47,328 bases of DNA from Pseudomonadota bacterium (GCA_039714795.1 JBDLIP010000001.1:1-47328); one strand, 5' to 3'. Numbered from the stretch's first letter, positions 25,400 to 38,735 are shown. Notes: generated by a model not told the origin, from the letters alone. A program made the numbers and translations.

Positions 25400-28057
25400 T
25401 TATTTGCGCAAAGCTGCAATCACTGCCGCAACAGCCGCTTCAATCTTACTGGCATCCATGCCACCGGCCTGGGCAAAGTCAGCGCGTCCGCCACCACCTT
25501 TACCGCCCAGCACTTTAGAAGCTATTCGCACCAAAACCACAGCATCAAAGCGATCCACAAGGTCTGATGTGACACCTGCAACAATTCCTACTTTTCCATC
25601 ATTTTCGGTTGTGATCATCACAATACCAGAACCTAAATCTTTCTTGATTTGGTCAACACTGGAGCGCAGGTCTTTGCTGGCCATATCCTTAACATGACGA
25701 TGCAAAAATTTGACGCCATCAATGTCTTGTATTGTATCCGATTTGCTATCGCCGCCAGTTGCCAGAGTTTGCTTGAGGCTTCTGATCTGTTGCTCAAATG
25801 CTTTGCGCTCTTGTATCAGAGTCTCAACTCGCTCCAGTAATTGCCGCGGCGCCACTTTGAGCTCAGCTGCTGTTTGCTGTAGCAATTCTTCGCGATCATT
25901 TATGTAATCAATTGCTGCCTGGCCTGTCAAAGCTTCAATGCGCCTGATTCCTGACGCAATGCTGGTTTCATTGATGATTTTGAATGTGCCGATATCGCCG
26001 GTACGGCGCACATGCGTGCCGCCACACAGCTCCATTGAATAGGTTTGCTCGCCTGTGTCTTGCCCCATGGAAACCACTCGAACCTGGGTGTCATACTTTT
26101 CACCAAACAGGGCCATGGCTCCCATTTCTTGTGCTTGGTCAGGCGACATCAAACGTGTGTCCACGCCTGTATTATCTCGAACTCGCTTGTTGACTTCATC
26201 TTCAATGCTTCTTTTTTCATCCGTTGTAAGCGGGCGTTGGAAGCTAAAATCAAAGCGCAAGCGATCCGGTGCCACGAGCGATCCTTTTTGGATCACCTGT
26301 TCACCGAGTTGTTTCCTTAAAGCTGCATGCAGTAAGTGCGTGGCCGAGTGATTGGCTCGCAGCCGATCTCTGCGGTTGATGTCAACGTGCATGGTGACGA
26401 CATCGTCTATAGCGATACTGCCGTTGGTGACCTTGGCAATATGCGCGTGCAGGCGTCCAAATTTTTGCACACAATCTTCAATTTCAACCACAGCACCTTG
26501 CTCGGTTTCGAATACCCCGGTGTCACCCATCTGCCCGCCAGATTCGGCGTAGAAAGGGGTTTGATTGGCCAGCAGTATTAGGCGATCTCCAACCTGGGCG
26601 CTTTTAACTTCCTCACCTTCTTTGATGAGGGCAATCACATTACCCTCTGCTGAAACACAGTCATAGCCAAGAAATTCTGTCGAACCTAAACGCTCATGCA
26701 GGTCAAACCAAATTTTTTCTTGTTCTTGTGCACCAGAACCAGACCAAGCAGCCCGAGCTTCTTCGCGTTGACGGGTCATGGATTTGTCAAAACCTTCCAG
26801 GTCAACTTGGCGTCCCTGATTTTTGAGAACATCCTGAGTCAAATCTAGCGGAAAACCATAGGTATCATATAATTTGAAAGCAACTGACCCGGGAAGTTCG
26901 GCATCTGACGAGAGTTTTTCGGTGGCTTCCTGCAAAAGCTTAAGGCCTCGCCCCAGGGTTTGCCGGAATTTTTCCTCCTCAAGTTGTAATAGCTCTTTGA
27001 TGAGGGCTTCAGCGCGAGTTAGCCCTGGATAAGCCGTTCCCATTTTGCTAATCAACACGGGAACCAGTTGCCACATCAAAGGCTGCTTAGTCCCTAACAA
27101 ATAGGCATGACGCATGGCCCGACGCATAATACGGCGCAGCACATAACCTCGTCCCTCATTCGAGGGCATAACGCCGTCAGCAATGAGGAAACTTGCAGCA
27201 CGTAAATGGTCTGCAATAACCCGATGCGACACAGCATGTTGCCCCTTGGCAGTTTGCCCACTGCATTCGACGCTGGCGTGAATCAGTGCCTGAAATAGAT
27301 CTATGTCGTAGTTGTCATGCACACCTTGCAGGACAGTTGCTAGACGCTCAAGGCTCATCCCAGTATCAATTGAAGGCTTTGGCAAATTCACACGCCTTCC
27401 TGGAGTATCATCCACCCCAGCAAGCTGTTCGTATTGCATAAAAACCAGGTTCCAGATCTCAACAAAACGGTCACCGTCTTCATCTGGACTTCCGGGGGGA
27501 CCGCCGGGAATGTCTTCGCCGTGATCGTAGAAAATTTCTGTACAAGGACCACAAGGGCCAGTATCACCCATCGACCAAAAGTTATCACTGGTGGCAATGC
27601 GGATGATGCGATCATCGGAAAAACCGGCAATCTTTTTCCAAAAACGGGCTGCTTCTTCATCTTCAGCGTATACTGATACCAGCAAACGATCTTTGGCAAT
27701 TCCGAGTTCCTTATCAAACAGATCCCAAGCCAATTTGATAGCTTGCTCTTTGAAATAGTCGCCAAAGGAAAAATTACCCAGCATTTCAAAAAATGTGTGG
27801 TGTCTTGCTGTACGCCCAACATTTTCTAAATCATTGTGTTTGCCACCGGCACGAACACATTTTTGACTTGATGCAGCCCGGGTATATTCCCGCTTCTCTT
27901 TGCCAGTAAAGACATTTTTAAACGGCACCATTCCAGCATTGACAAACAACAGAGTTGGATCCTGGTAGGGCACCAAAGGCGCCGACGCCACAACCGTGTG
28001 ATCGTAGCGGGCAAAATAATCCAGAAAGAGGGAACGGATATCGGAAGTTGTCTGCAT
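25400..28057 (-). CDS. alaS: Alanine--tRNA ligase
   Basis: 885 aa. Class II motifs '[18 protein letters not shown]'. Editing domain '[11 protein letters not shown]' and 'CGGTH'. C-terminal DHHA1 '[16 protein letters not shown]'. Confidence 0.98.
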   Translation of the reverse strand: MQTTSDIRSLFLDYFARYDHTVVASAPLVPYQDPTLLFVNAGMVPFKNVFTGKEKREYTRAASSQKCVRAGGKHNDLENVGRTARHHTFFEMLGNFSFGDYFKEQAIKLAWDLFDKELGIAKDRLLVSVYAEDEEAARFWKKIAGFSDDRIIRIATSDNFWSMGDTGPCGPCTEIFYDHGEDIPGGPPGSPDEDGDRFVEIWNLVFMQYEQLAGVDDTPGRRVNLPKPSIDTGMSLERLATVLQGVHDNYDIDLFQALIHASVECSGQTAKGQHAVSHRVIADHLRAASFLIADGVMPSNEGRGYVLRRIMRRAMRHAYLLGTKQPLMWQLVPVLISKMGTAYPGLTRAEALIKELLQLEEEKFRQTLGRGLKLLQEATEKLSSDAELPGSVAFKLYDTYGFPLDLTQDVLKNQGRQVDLEGFDKSMTRQREEARAAWSGSGAQEQEKIWFDLHERLGSTEFLGYDCVSAEGNVIALIKEGEEVKSAQVGDRLILLANQTPFYAESGGQMGDTGVFETEQGAVVEIEDCVQKFGRLHAHIAKVTNGSIAIDDVVTMHVDINRRDRLRANHSATHLLHAALRKQLGEQVIQKGSLVAPDRLRFDFSFQRPLTTDEKRSIEDEVNKRVRDNTGVDTRLMSPDQAQEMGAMALFGEKYDTQVRVVSMGQDTGEQTYSMELCGGTHVRRTGDIGTFKIINETSIASGIRRIEALTGQAAIDYINDREELLQQTAAELKVAPRQLLERVETLIQERKAFEQQIRSLKQTLATGGDSKSDTIQDIDGVKFLHRHVKDMASKDLRSSVDQIKKDLGSGIVMITTENDGKVGIVAGVTSDLVDRFDAVVLVRIASKVLGGKGGGGRADFAQAGGMDASKIEAAVAAVIAALRK

Positions 28058-28084
28058 TGGCTCTTATACTTTAGCTCTTACACT

Positions 28085-29125
28085 TTAGGCCACCTCAGCT
28101 GGAGGATGTTCCTCCTTCTTTGTTTTTGCTGGTTTTTTACTTTCAACCAATCCTGATTTTTGCCGAATTGTTTCTTCAATGGTGGCGGCAATCTCAGGGT
28201 TTTCTGCCAGAAATGTGCGAACACTTTCCTTACCCTGACCGATGCGTTGGCCGTTGAACGCGTACCATGAACCTGATTTTTCGACAGCTTCGCAGGCCAC
28301 ACCCAAATCAATCAACTCACCGAGTTTTGAAATGCCTTTGCCGTACATGATATCAAATTCTACCACTTTGAAAGGAGGGGCAACTTTGTTTTTGACGACT
28401 TTAATTCGAGTCTGGTTGCCAGTCACTGCATCGCGATCTTTAATAGCTCCAATGCGCCGGATGTCCAAGCGAACCGATGAGTAAAATTTGAGTGCATTCC
28501 CGCCCGTTGTTGTTTCAGGATTCCCAAACATCACACCAATTTTCTGGCGAATTTGGTTGATAAAAATCACTGTGCATTGGGTTTTTGAGATAGATCCAGC
28601 AAGCTTACGCAATGCTTGACTCATCAAGCGAGCTTGAAGCCCCATGTGTGAATCACCCATTTCACCTTCAATTTCAGCTTTAGGGACAAGGGCTGCAACG
28701 CTGTCGATCACCAGGATATCAACGCCGCCGGAACGCACAAGGGTGTCGGTAATTTCAAGTGCTTGTTCTCCAGTGTCAGGCTGAGAAATAAGCAAATCAT
28801 CAATGCTGACACCCAGCTTTGTGGCGTAGGTAGAGTCTAAAGCGTGTTCGGCATCAACAAAGGCAGCCACTCCACCTAACTTCTGGGCTTCGGCAACAAT
28901 ATGCAGTGCCAAGGTGGTTTTACCTGAGCTTTCTGGTCCATAGACCTCAATAATACGGCCTCTGGGAACGCCTCCTACACCTAGGGCAATGTCCAGACCC
29001 AGTGATCCTGTAGGGATGGTTTCTATCTCCACGTTTTCTTGTTGGCCCAACTTCATAATTGAACCCTTACCAAAAGCCTTTTCAATTTGGCTGAGCGCTG
29101 CGTCTAATGCCTTTTGTCGATCCAT
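28085..29125 (-). CDS. recA: Recombinase RecA
   Basis: '[12 protein letters not shown]' P-loop and '[28 protein letters not shown]'. It lies 27 nt upstream of alaS. Confidence 0.98.
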   Translation of the reverse strand: MDRQKALDAALSQIEKAFGKGSIMKLGQQENVEIETIPTGSLGLDIALGVGGVPRGRIIEVYGPESSGKTTLALHIVAEAQKLGGVAAFVDAEHALDSTYATKLGVSIDDLLISQPDTGEQALEITDTLVRSGGVDILVIDSVAALVPKAEIEGEMGDSHMGLQARLMSQALRKLAGSISKTQCTVIFINQIRQKIGVMFGNPETTTGGNALKFYSSVRLDIRRIGAIKDRDAVTGNQTRIKVVKNKVAPPFKVVEFDIMYGKGISKLGELIDLGVACEAVEKSGSWYAFNGQRIGQGKESVRTFLAENPEIAATIEETIRQKSGLVESKKPAKTKKEEHPPAEVA

Positions 29126-29345
29126 GATGTCTTTAACCCTTTAAAAAAATTCAATCACCTTCTCCTTCAGTTATTCCACAGCTTAGACCACAATGCAATC
29201 TACAATGCAGGGCAAGGTGTATGCATAATTTAAAGGGTGGTTTTTGGGGGAATTGATCGCTCCTGCGATCTTGCGCTACAACTCACGTCCGTGCTATAAA
29301 TTATGGAGTATTTATGCAAATTCACAATAGACGGATCCCGCGCAC

Positions 29346-29894
29346 GTGCGAGCACAAACTGCCATTGCTAGACGATACGCCAAAGCCCTGTTTGAAACAG
29401 CGCTGGAGGCAGATGCACTACAAGAGGTCGACCTGGATTTGATTCACCTGCATGAGCTGATTGAGGGCTCTCCGGACCTACGGCATTTTCTCTATTCCAA
29501 AGTGGTTTCTACTGATTCCTTGGAAAAAATTGTAGCAGAGCTTTGCAATAAATTGTCCTGTCACAAGGTGACAAAAGGATTTTTAGGCTTGTTAGCGCAA
29601 AAGCGACGCCTTGAGCATTTGGCAGGGGTTTTTGTCCGTTATCCGCAACTGTTAGCGCTACAGCGCAAGGAAATGACCGCGCAAGCTATTACCGCCGTTG
29701 AGATGAACCAAGACCAGCAAAATAAACTTAAGCAGGTTCTGGAAGCTCGCACTGGTTTTCAGGTGGCGGTGATTAATGAAATTGATCCTGAAATTCTAGG
29801 GGGCATGGTTTTACGCCTGGGTGGTTTTGAAGCAGACTCCTCCCTTAAAACGCAATTACACAACTTAAGACTTTCACTTCAAGAGGTTAGATAA
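29346..29894 (+). CDS. atpH: F0F1 ATP synthase subunit delta (OSCP)
   Basis: 'IARRYAKALFE' N-terminus and 'ILGGMVLRLG' near the C-terminus. GTG start. It directly abuts atpA. Confidence 0.88.
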   Translation: MRAQTAIARRYAKALFETALEADALQEVDLDLIHLHELIEGSPDLRHFLYSKVVSTDSLEKIVAELCNKLSCHKVTKGFLGLLAQKRRLEHLAGVFVRYPQLLALQRKEMTAQAITAVEMNQDQQNKLKQVLEARTGFQVAVINEIDPEILGGMVLRLGGFEADSSLKTQLHNLRLSLQEVR

Positions 29895-31424
29895 ATGAAA
29901 CTGCGCGCAGCAGAAATTTCTTCAGTTTTAAAAAAGCACATTGTCGATTTTGACACCAAGGCCAAGCTATCTGAGGTTGGCCATGTTTTGGAAGTTGGTG
30001 ATGGAATCGCTCGTGCTTATGGTCTTAACCAGGTCCAAGCTGGCGAAATGGTTGAATTTTCTGATGGCACTAAGGGTATGGCGCTTAACCTTGAAGTCGA
30101 CAATGTTGGTATCGTGATCTTTGGTGAAGATCGCAACATCAAAGAAGGGGACTTAGTTAAACGGACAGAGCGCATTGTTGAAGTGCCCGTTGGTAAAGAG
30201 TTACTGGGTCGTGTGGTTGATGGACTCGGTAATCCTATTGATGAGCGAGGCCCGATTAAAACCAAAGCCATGTCTCGGGTTGAACTTAAGGCTCCTGGTA
30301 TCATTGCACGTGAATCAGTCAGTGAACCAATGCAAACTGGAATTAAAGCCATTGATGCGTTAGTGCCTGTTGGTCGCGGCCAGCGCGAATTGATTATTGG
30401 CGACCGGCAAACGGGTAAGACTGCTATTGCTATCGATGCAATTCTAAATCAAAAGAAAATTAATGAAGGCAAAGATGAAAGCGAAAAACTTTACTGTGTC
30501 TACGTTGCCATCGGCCAAAAACAATCAACCGTTGCCCAAATTGTCAAAACCTTGGAAGAGCACGGAGCCATGGACTACACCATTGTGGTTTCAGCAACGG
30601 CAGCTCAACCAGCCCCGTTGCAGTTTTTAGCTCCCTACACAGGGTGCACCATGGGTGAATATTTCCGTGATAATGGCATGCACGCTTTAATCATTTATGA
30701 TGATCTTTCAAAGCAAGCAGCAGCCTACCGGCAGATGTCGTTATTGTTGCGTCGCCCACCCGGTCGTGAGGCGTATCCGGGTGATGTTTTTTATTTGCAC
30801 TCACGTTTGCTTGAGCGTGCATCCAAGTTGAATAAGGAAAGTGGAGGAGGATCACTGACTGCCCTGCCAATTATCGAAACGCAAGCAGGAGATGTCTCTG
30901 CCTATATTCCCACCAACGTGATTTCCATTACCGATGGACAGATTTTTCTTGAAACAGATTTGTTCTACAAGGGAATACGTCCTGCAATTTCTGTGGGACT
31001 GTCAGTGAGTCGTGTGGGATCGGCTGCGCAATCAAAGGCTATGAAAAAGGTTGCAGGGACAATCAAACTTGAGCTGGCGCAGTACCGTGAGATGGCGGCA
31101 TTTGCCCAGTTTGCATCTGATCTGGACAAGGCCACCCAGCAATTGCTGGCACGAGGTGAGCGGCTAACAACACTACTGAAGCAACCGCAATACGTTCCCT
31201 ATCCAGCAGAAGAGCAGATCGTCAGCATATTTGCAGGAGTTAAAGGGTATTTGGATAAAGTTGATCTGACTGATATTCGGCGGTTTGAAAGTGATCTGCT
31301 AGCAACGGTTCGAAGAGACCATGCAGATTTGCTGACTCGTATCCGGACACAAAAAGATTTGACTCCAGAAATTGAAAAGGAGCTGACTCAGGTGTTAGAG
31401 CGGTTTGTTAGTCTGTATGCCTAA
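29895..31424 (+). CDS. atpA: F0F1 ATP synthase subunit alpha
   Basis: '[13 protein letters not shown]' P-loop and '[16 protein letters not shown]'. Confidence 0.98.
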   Translation: MKLRAAEISSVLKKHIVDFDTKAKLSEVGHVLEVGDGIARAYGLNQVQAGEMVEFSDGTKGMALNLEVDNVGIVIFGEDRNIKEGDLVKRTERIVEVPVGKELLGRVVDGLGNPIDERGPIKTKAMSRVELKAPGIIARESVSEPMQTGIKAIDALVPVGRGQRELIIGDRQTGKTAIAIDAILNQKKINEGKDESEKLYCVYVAIGQKQSTVAQIVKTLEEHGAMDYTIVVSATAAQPAPLQFLAPYTGCTMGEYFRDNGMHALIIYDDLSKQAAAYRQMSLLLRRPPGREAYPGDVFYLHSRLLERASKLNKESGGGSLTALPIIETQAGDVSAYIPTNVISITDGQIFLETDLFYKGIRPAISVGLSVSRVGSAAQSKAMKKVAGTIKLELAQYREMAAFAQFASDLDKATQQLLARGERLTTLLKQPQYVPYPAEEQIVSIFAGVKGYLDKVDLTDIRRFESDLLATVRRDHADLLTRIRTQKDLTPEIEKELTQVLERFVSLYA

Positions 31425-31453
31425 ACATATGAGATTAGGAGCCCTTTAGCCTT

Positions 31454-32356
31454 ATGTCTAGCTTGAAAGAAATTCGTAACCGGCGCAATAGCGTGCAGTC
31501 GACCCAGAAAATTACGGCGGCGATGAAGATGATTGCCGCTGCCAAGTTGCGAAAATCTCAAGCACAGGTTCATGCCTCAAGGCCTTATTCGATCCTCATG
31601 GGCCAGATGTTGGGCCAGTTGGTTGAAAAGGGGCGAACCTTTGAAGAGTCTCCCAAACTTTTGGTGGGAACGGGCAAAGAGCACCGGCATATTGTGGTAC
31701 TTGTGACTGCTGATCGTGGTTTGTGTGGCAGTTTTAATGCCAATATCGCTCGGCGGTGCGCTGAATATTTACGAATATTAGAACTAGAAAATGCTTTTTT
31801 TGAGATCGTTTGCATTGGCCGCAAGGGACGAGATTTATTGAAAAGCGCTGGCTTTGGCCAACAGATTTTCCAAAGCTTTGCCAACGTTGACAAGCCCTCT
31901 TTCATTCACGCCAAGCGAGTAGCAAAATCATTGTTGGAGCGCTTTGAGCACGGCGGATTTGACGTGTGCACAATTTTCTATAATCGTTTCGTTTCTGCTA
32001 TTTCACAAGAAATTACTTCACACCGTTTGATTCCCTATTCACCCATTACCAGTTTAGAACCTATTGAGGAGCAAGAAGAAGAGGACATATTAGCTCTGGC
32101 CTCGCTTTATGAGTATGAGCCTTCAGAAAAACAAGTGTTGACTGATTTACTTCCGAAGAATTTTGCAGTACAGATTTTCCAAGCGTTGCTTGAAAATGCG
32201 GCTAGTGAACATGGCGCACGGATGGCGGCGATGGACTCAGCAACCCGCAATGCGCAAGATATGATTAAGGGATTGAATTTAACCTACAACCGTACGCGCC
32301 AAGCAGTGGTGACACGAGAATTGATTGAAATTATTTCAGGGGCTGAAGCCCTGTAA
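31454..32356 (+). CDS. atpG: F0F1 ATP synthase subunit gamma
   Basis: 'LKEIRNRRNSVQSTQKITAAMKMIAAAKL' N-terminus and C-terminal 'RQAVVTRELIEIISGAEAL'. Confidence 0.97.
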   Translation: MSSLKEIRNRRNSVQSTQKITAAMKMIAAAKLRKSQAQVHASRPYSILMGQMLGQLVEKGRTFEESPKLLVGTGKEHRHIVVLVTADRGLCGSFNANIARRCAEYLRILELENAFFEIVCIGRKGRDLLKSAGFGQQIFQSFANVDKPSFIHAKRVAKSLLERFEHGGFDVCTIFYNRFVSAISQEITSHRLIPYSPITSLEPIEEQEEEDILALASLYEYEPSEKQVLTDLLPKNFAVQIFQALLENAASEHGARMAAMDSATRNAQDMIKGLNLTYNRTRQAVVTRELIEIISGAEAL

Positions 32357-33799
<1,443 letters not shown>

Positions 33800-33804
33800 A
33801 TCCC

Positions 33805-34221
33805 ATGAGTTTGCTGCGCTTTCAACTGGTCTCTCCTGAAAAAATGCTGTACGCAGATGATGTTTCTATGGTGACCATTCCAGCCAGTAAAGGGGAGATG
33901 GGAATTCTTCCAAACCATGCCCCAATGGTTGTAACCCTAATCCCTGGAATTATCAATATTTATCAAGAGCATACGATTGAAGAAAAGATTTTCATTGGTG
34001 GTGGCTTTGCTAACATCAACGAAAAGGGATGCCAGGTGATGGCGGATGAGGGTATCCATGTAGCCGACATCTACCCGGAAGAAGTCGAAGCACATATTGA
34101 AGAAGTAATGCATGACTTGGAAGCAGACCAAGAAGAAGATGTGCGATTGTCCTTGGAAGAACACTTGTCGATTGAACGTGCCAAGATGGAACTATGGAAA
34201 AAACTGAAGAAAGGGAATTGA
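33805..34221 (+). CDS. atpC: F0F1 ATP synthase subunit epsilon
   Basis: 'LVSPEKMLY...GEMGILPNHAPMVV' is the beta-sandwich N-terminus. It is the last gene of atpHAGDC. Confidence 0.93.
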   Translation: MSLLRFQLVSPEKMLYADDVSMVTIPASKGEMGILPNHAPMVVTLIPGIINIYQEHTIEEKIFIGGGFANINEKGCQVMADEGIHVADIYPEEVEAHIEEVMHDLEADQEEDVRLSLEEHLSIERAKMELWKKLKKGN

Positions 34222-34279
34222 GGTCAACGGCAGCAAAACTTAAGTGAAAAAGGATTGCCCCTACCACGGCCGCCATATA

Positions 34280-34398
34280 TATACCCGTGCTGAATGAAAC
34301 TGTTGAGTTTTATGATAACAAAAAGCGCGCAGTTTACATGGGTAAATGAGCATTTTGAGTGTGTCAGAAAACCAACAGTTTCATTCAGCTTCAGTATA
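34280..34398 (+). mobile_element. MITE-like palindromic element, subtype B ends
   Basis: 'tatacccgtgctgaatgaaactgttgagttttatgata...gcagtttacatgggtaaatgagcattttgagtg...caacagtttcattcagcttcagtata'. It lies between the convergent atpC and the SPFH gene. Confidence 0.85.
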
Positions 34399-34427
34399 TG
34401 ACAGCCACGGCGTGTAGTTACCACACA

Positions 34428-35192
34428 CTACTTTCCCTTATCTGGGCTAGAGAAAAAACCCTTCAACAACTCAATGGGCAATGGGAAAACAATGGTTGAG
34501 TTCTTTTCACCAGCGATATCATGCAGGGCACTGAGATAACGCAATTGCATAGCCTGAGGAACAGTGGATAAAATCTTAGCAGCATCTTTCAATTGATCTG
34601 CCGCCTGTAGCTCACCCTGGGCGTTAATGATTTTGGCACGCCGGACACGTTCGGCTTCAGCCTGTTTGGCAATAGCGCGAATCATACTTTCGTCCAAATC
34701 GATATGCTTGATTTCAACGACCGAGACCTTGATGCCCCAGGCATCGGTTTGTTCATCCAATAACTTTTGAATGTCATCGTTAAGCTTATCGCGCTCTGCA
34801 AGCATTTCGTCCAATTCATGCTGGCCTAAAACAGAGCGCAGCGTTGTTTGTGCAAGCTGACTGGTGGCATATTGGAAATCTTGAACTTGAATGATAGCTT
34901 TTTCTGGATCCATCACTCGGTAATAAACAACTGCATTCACTTTCACCGAAACGTTATCGCGCGAAATCACATCTTGGGTAGGCACATCTAGCACCATAGT
35001 GCGCAAATCAACCCGAACGATTTGTTGCAAAACCGGAATGACGATGATCAGTCCAGGTCCTTTTACTTTCCAAAAACGACCCAACATAAAGATAACGCCC
35101 CGTTCATACTCACGCAGAACATTGACCGAATGAATCAAGATTCCCAAGATCACAAACGCTATGACGGCGTAGGTATATATATCTAAAATCAT
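34428..35192 (-). CDS. SPFH/band-7 (stomatin-like) membrane protein
   Basis: N-terminal TM helix followed by '[14 protein letters not shown]...GPGLIIVIP'. An A/E-rich coiled segment '[17 protein letters not shown]' follows. It overlaps the upstream nfeD by 4 nt. Confidence 0.92.
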   Translation of the reverse strand: MILDIYTYAVIAFVILGILIHSVNVLREYERGVIFMLGRFWKVKGPGLIIVIPVLQQIVRVDLRTMVLDVPTQDVISRDNVSVKVNAVVYYRVMDPEKAIIQVQDFQYATSQLAQTTLRSVLGQHELDEMLAERDKLNDDIQKLLDEQTDAWGIKVSVVEIKHIDLDESMIRAIAKQAEAERVRRAKIINAQGELQAADQLKDAAKILSTVPQAMQLRYLSALHDIAGEKNSTIVFPLPIELLKGFFSSPDKGK

Positions 35193-36592
35193 TGTTTTTT
35201 CTCCTCCTTCTTTATCTTTATCTTCAAAGGCTCAACTTTGAGTATAAGCCCTTTGATCGAAACCACCTGCACTTGTTTGATATCTGCCGCAAGCGTTTGA
35301 TCAGACTCGGCCGCCCAACGCTCTCCCATCACGTGGATGCGCCCTACGGTTCCCTTCCATTCGATCACATTTCCAACACTGCCAATCATGCGGCGCATAC
35401 CGCTTACAATAGGACGTTTTTGTGATCGTACCACTAAGGTTAGCACAGAAATAAAGATAAGTCCCGTCGTGCCCCCAAGGGCTGCAATCACTTGCCAGGA
35501 CACACCAAAACCAGGAATATCTGTATCCAACAACATAATAGCACCCACAATGAAGGCGATCAGTCCTCCAATACCTAAAATCCCAAATGAAGGAATAAAG
35601 GCCTCAGCCACCATAAAGGCTATGCCTAAAATGATTAGACCCAAACCTGCATAATTGACTGGCAACACGTGAAATGCAAAAAGAGCTAGCAGGAGGCAAA
35701 TGGCTCCCACTACCCCAGGCACCACAGTTCCGGGATGCGTAAATTCAAAGATCAAACCATAAAACCCAATCAGCAGCAGGATATAAGCCACATAGGGATT
35801 GGTAATGACTGCCAATAATTGTGTGCGCCAGTCTGGCTCAATTGGCTTAAGACTGAGGTCTTTTGAGTCAATTTTGCGATATTGATCCAGTACTTTTACC
35901 CGGCGCCCATGAGATTTTTTCAGGACTTCAGAGAGGTCCTTGGCGATGAAATCAATCACATTTTCCTTAAGGGCTTGATTGGCCGGTAAACTGGCGGCCT
36001 CCAATACTGCTTTCTTTGCCCATTTTTTGTTGCGCCCATGCAGTTCGGCTAAACCTTCCATAAAGGCGACAGCATCACTGACAGCTTTGTCCGCCATGGT
36101 TGGCTTTGGGGATTTGAGCTTTTCATCCCCGCCTTCCTTTGGGGTGGGCAAAGGACCTCCACCTCCAATCTGAACAGGCGTTGCAGCACCTAAAGTCGTT
36201 GCCGGCGCCATAGCAGCAATATGAGATGCATATAAAATATAGGTGCCTGCACTAGCTGCTCGGGCTCCAGATGGTGAGACATAAGATGCCACAGGAATAG
36301 GTGAATCTAAGATATCTTTAATAATAGATCGCATCGAGGCATCCAATCCCCCAGGTGTGTCTACCTTAAGGATAATCATGGCGGCACGGTCAAGGCGTGC
36401 CTTTTCAAATCCACGATGAATATAATCGCTGGTGGCTGGACCAATGGGTCCTTTGATATCTAAGACAACAGCCATCTTATTCGGTTGAACCAAGTTTGAA
36501 CTCAAAACTGGTATGATATAAAGGCTTGAAAGTGCCAACAAAAACATCCCGACTAGGAAATAATCTCTCTGATTTCGATTGGAAAGTTTCAT
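35189..36592 (-). CDS. Long-form NfeD membrane-bound ClpP-class serine protease
   Basis: Signal/TM helix, a protease domain ('[14 protein letters not shown]', '[15 protein letters not shown]'), 4-5 TM helices and a C-terminal OB-fold ('[12 protein letters not shown]'). I take the start at ATG 36592 (MKLSNRNQ...). ATG 36622 is also possible. The ORF-track extension to 36754 is MITE-derived. Confidence 0.85.
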   Translation of the reverse strand: MKLSNRNQRDYFLVGMFLLALSSLYIIPVLSSNLVQPNKMAVVLDIKGPIGPATSDYIHRGFEKARLDRAAMIILKVDTPGGLDASMRSIIKDILDSPIPVASYVSPSGARAASAGTYILYASHIAAMAPATTLGAATPVQIGGGGPLPTPKEGGDEKLKSPKPTMADKAVSDAVAFMEGLAELHGRNKKWAKKAVLEAASLPANQALKENVIDFIAKDLSEVLKKSHGRRVKVLDQYRKIDSKDLSLKPIEPDWRTQLLAVITNPYVAYILLLIGFYGLIFEFTHPGTVVPGVVGAICLLLALFAFHVLPVNYAGLGLIILGIAFMVAEAFIPSFGILGIGGLIAFIVGAIMLLDTDIPGFGVSWQVIAALGGTTGLIFISVLTLVVRSQKRPIVSGMRRMIGSVGNVIEWKGTVGRIHVMGERWAAESDQTLAADIKQVQVVSIKGLILKVEPLKIKIKKEEKKQ

Positions 36593-36670
36593 GAATTTAG
36601 GCCTTTTGATTGTGTCCTCCATTACAGCATGGATGTGGTAAAGGGAAGGTAAATTTACAGTTTTTCTCTC

Positions 36671-36783
36671 TATGCTAAAGCTGAATTGTTGGTTTTCTGA
36701 TAGCTCGAAGTGCTCATTGACACTTGTAAACTGCATGTTTCTCGCTATCATCAAACTAGAGGTTTTGATTTCACGAGAGTATA
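36671..36783 (-). mobile_element. MITE-like palindromic element (reverse orientation, hybrid ends)
   Basis: 'tatgctaaagctgaattgttgg...gctcgaagtgctcattgacacttgtaaactgcatgtttctcgctatcatcaaactagaggttttgatttcacgagagtata'. It ends 7 nt before the coaE ATG. Confidence 0.8.
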
Positions 36784-36790
36784 GAACACC

Positions 36791-37372
36791 ATGCAGGTTA
36801 TAGGACTCACCGGATCCATTGGCACAGGCAAGTCGGCTGTTGCCACAATGCTAAAGGACAAAGGTATTCCTGTGCATGACGCCGATGCGACTGTCCACCA
36901 ATTACTCGAATCCGATGCAGCAACTATCCAACAACTTGAAAAGTACTTTCCCGAAGCTATAGAAAGCCAACAGGTGAATAGAAAGGCCTTGCGAAAAATT
37001 GCACTCGGTGACCTTAAAAAAATGAAAATTCTTGAAGGGATTTTACACCCTAAAGTTAAAACCTCGCAACAGGAGTTCCTGGCAAAACATCGAGAACGAC
37101 AAATACCGTTGGTGGTCCTGGAGATTCCCCTCCTCTATGAGAAAGGCTACCAAAGGCTTTGTGACTATGTCATAGTTGTCACTTGCTCTGCAAAGGCTCA
37201 ACAACAACGCTTGTACAAGCGCCCAAACTTGACACATTCTGAAATCGATGCAATCTTGTCCTTGCAATGGTCAAGTGAAAAGAAAGTTTCTCTTGCTGAC
37301 TATGTGATAAACACAACGGGCCCAAAATCTAACACGCTCGAGCAGCTTGAAAAAATCATGAAAGGAATCTAA
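36791..37372 (+). CDS. coaE: Dephospho-CoA kinase
   Basis: 'IGLTGSIGTGKS' P-loop and 'LEIPLLYE'. It is followed by dnaQ after a 2-nt gap. Confidence 0.93.
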   Translation: MQVIGLTGSIGTGKSAVATMLKDKGIPVHDADATVHQLLESDAATIQQLEKYFPEAIESQQVNRKALRKIALGDLKKMKILEGILHPKVKTSQQEFLAKHRERQIPLVVLEIPLLYEKGYQRLCDYVIVVTCSAKAQQQRLYKRPNLTHSEIDAILSLQWSSEKKVSLADYVINTTGPKSNTLEQLEKIMKGI

Positions 37373-37374
37373 CA

Positions 37375-38067
37375 ATGTCACGACAAGTCGTTCTGGACAC
37401 AGAAACAACAGGTCTTAGCCCCAAAGACGGACATCGTATTGTTGAGATCGGTTGCTTGGAAACAATCAATCGTATTCCCACTGGCAAAACCTTTCATGTG
37501 TACATCAATCCCAAACGCGACATGCCACAAGGCGCTTATGATGTCCACGGACTTTCGATAGACTTTCTAGAGAAACATCCGCCATTTGAGGATATCGTCA
37601 GTGATTTTTTGAGCTTCGTTCAAGATACACCATTGGTGATCCATAATGTTCCTTTTGATATGAAATTTATTAATCACGAACTACAAATATTGGGACACCC
37701 AACGATTCCCGCTAACCGGACAATTTGTACTCTAAAAATGGCACGTAAGAAATTTCCGGGATCTCCTGCAAGCCTTGATGCCTTGTGTAAGCGTTTTAAG
37801 GTAGATAATACGGGCAGACAAAAACACGGAGCATTAATCGATGCTGAACTCCTCGCCAAAGTTTACATTGAGCTTACTGGAGGACGTCAGACCAGTATGG
37901 ACTTCGGCGCAGCAGCAAACCAAAGCACAGCGCAACAAGCCCCAACACCGCAAAATCGGACGTTAAGAGCCTCTAGGAACTTTCGACCAAAGCAAGAAGA
38001 GCTGACGAAGCATCGCCAGCTCTTAAGCGGATTAAAAAATCCAATTTGGAACAAGTTTACTAATTAG
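37375..38067 (+). CDS. dnaQ: DNA polymerase III subunit epsilon (3'-5' exonuclease)
   Basis: Exo I 'VVLDTETTGL', Exo II 'LVIHNVPFDMKFI' and Exo III 'HGALIDAELLAKVY'. Confidence 0.95.
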   Translation: MSRQVVLDTETTGLSPKDGHRIVEIGCLETINRIPTGKTFHVYINPKRDMPQGAYDVHGLSIDFLEKHPPFEDIVSDFLSFVQDTPLVIHNVPFDMKFINHELQILGHPTIPANRTICTLKMARKKFPGSPASLDALCKRFKVDNTGRQKHGALIDAELLAKVYIELTGGRQTSMDFGAAANQSTAQQAPTPQNRTLRASRNFRPKQEELTKHRQLLSGLKNPIWNKFTN

Positions 38068-38070
38068 CCC

Positions 38071-38181
38071 CGCGAGAAATGAAGACCTCTAGTTTAATGA
38101 TAGCTGCCAGCTTGCAGTTTACTTGGGTAAATGAGCACTTCGAGCGTATCAGGAAAGAGGTTTTGATTTCACTTCAGTATA
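38071..38181 (+). mobile_element. MITE-like palindromic element, subtype A (left end slightly eroded)
   Basis: 'cgcgagaaatgaagacctctagtttaatgatagctgccagcttgcagtttacttgggtaaatgagcacttcgagcgtatcagg...ggttttgatttcacttcagtata'. It fills almost the whole dnaQ/secB convergent spacer. Confidence 0.85.
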
Positions 38182-38192
38182 GCCCTATTAAA

Positions 38193-38735
38193 TTAGCCTT
38201 GGGCCGCCTGTTGCTGCATTTGCTGAACTTGTTGGCGATAAATCGCAGCAAAATCAACTGGGGACAGGGCAAGAGGCGGAAAACCACCATCGCGGGTCAC
38301 ATCAGCAACAATATTGCGTGCAAATGGGAACAGCAAACGTGGGCATTCGATCAGTAGAATTGGTGGGATGTTCTGATCTTCGATACCTGTCAATGTGAAA
38401 ACACCAGAATAAGTTAGATCCATAACAAAAACCTTCTCTGTTTCTGTTTCTGACTTACTGGCATTGGCGATAATGTGCAAGGACACTTCATACTGAGTCT
38501 CTTGCAATTTGTTTGCACTCACTTCAATGTTTAGATTAATCGAAGGCGCAGTCCTTTCTTTACCCATGGACTGCAAAGGTCCAGAAGTTTCAAAAGAAAG
38601 ATCCTTGATGAACTGAGCATTAACAGCTACAGGCAAAACAGGAATTTGTCCTGCAGTTTGGTCTGCCTGTGCCTTTGTTGTTGTTTTAGTATTTTTTTTA
38701 GATGTGGTGTTCTTAGGTGTTGTCTTCTTAGCCAT
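38193..38735 (-). CDS. secB: Protein-export chaperone SecB (with K/T-rich N-terminal extension)
   Basis: 'AQFIKDLSFE' resembles E. coli 'IYTKDISFEAP', and 'LLIECPRLLFPFARNIVADVTRDGGFPPL' is present. ATG 38735 is preceded by 'gaggag'. Confidence 0.92.
   Translation of the reverse strand: MAKKTTPKNTTSKKNTKTTTKAQADQTAGQIPVLPVAVNAQFIKDLSFETSGPLQSMGKERTAPSINLNIEVSANKLQETQYEVSLHIIANASKSETETEKVFVMDLTYSGVFTLTGIEDQNIPPILLIECPRLLFPFARNIVADVTRDGGFPPLALSPVDFAAIYRQQVQQMQQQAAQG

Noticed and set aside
25400-28057. Numerous 60-190-aa antisense or alternative-frame ORFs inside alaS, mreB, atpA, PBP2 (including the 'DLDLDLDL' frame over the GP repeat, 8937-9344), thiolase, nfeD and others.
   Set aside because: All are embedded in strongly supported conserved genes. 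They lack SD sequences and recognisable motifs. They are typical shadow ORFs of moderately GC-rich coding DNA.
29126-29345. Looked for an alphaproteobacterial SOS box (GTTC-N7-GTTC / GAAC-N7-GAAC) upstream of recA.
   Set aside because: No such direct repeat is present in the recA upstream region, so I claim no regulatory site.
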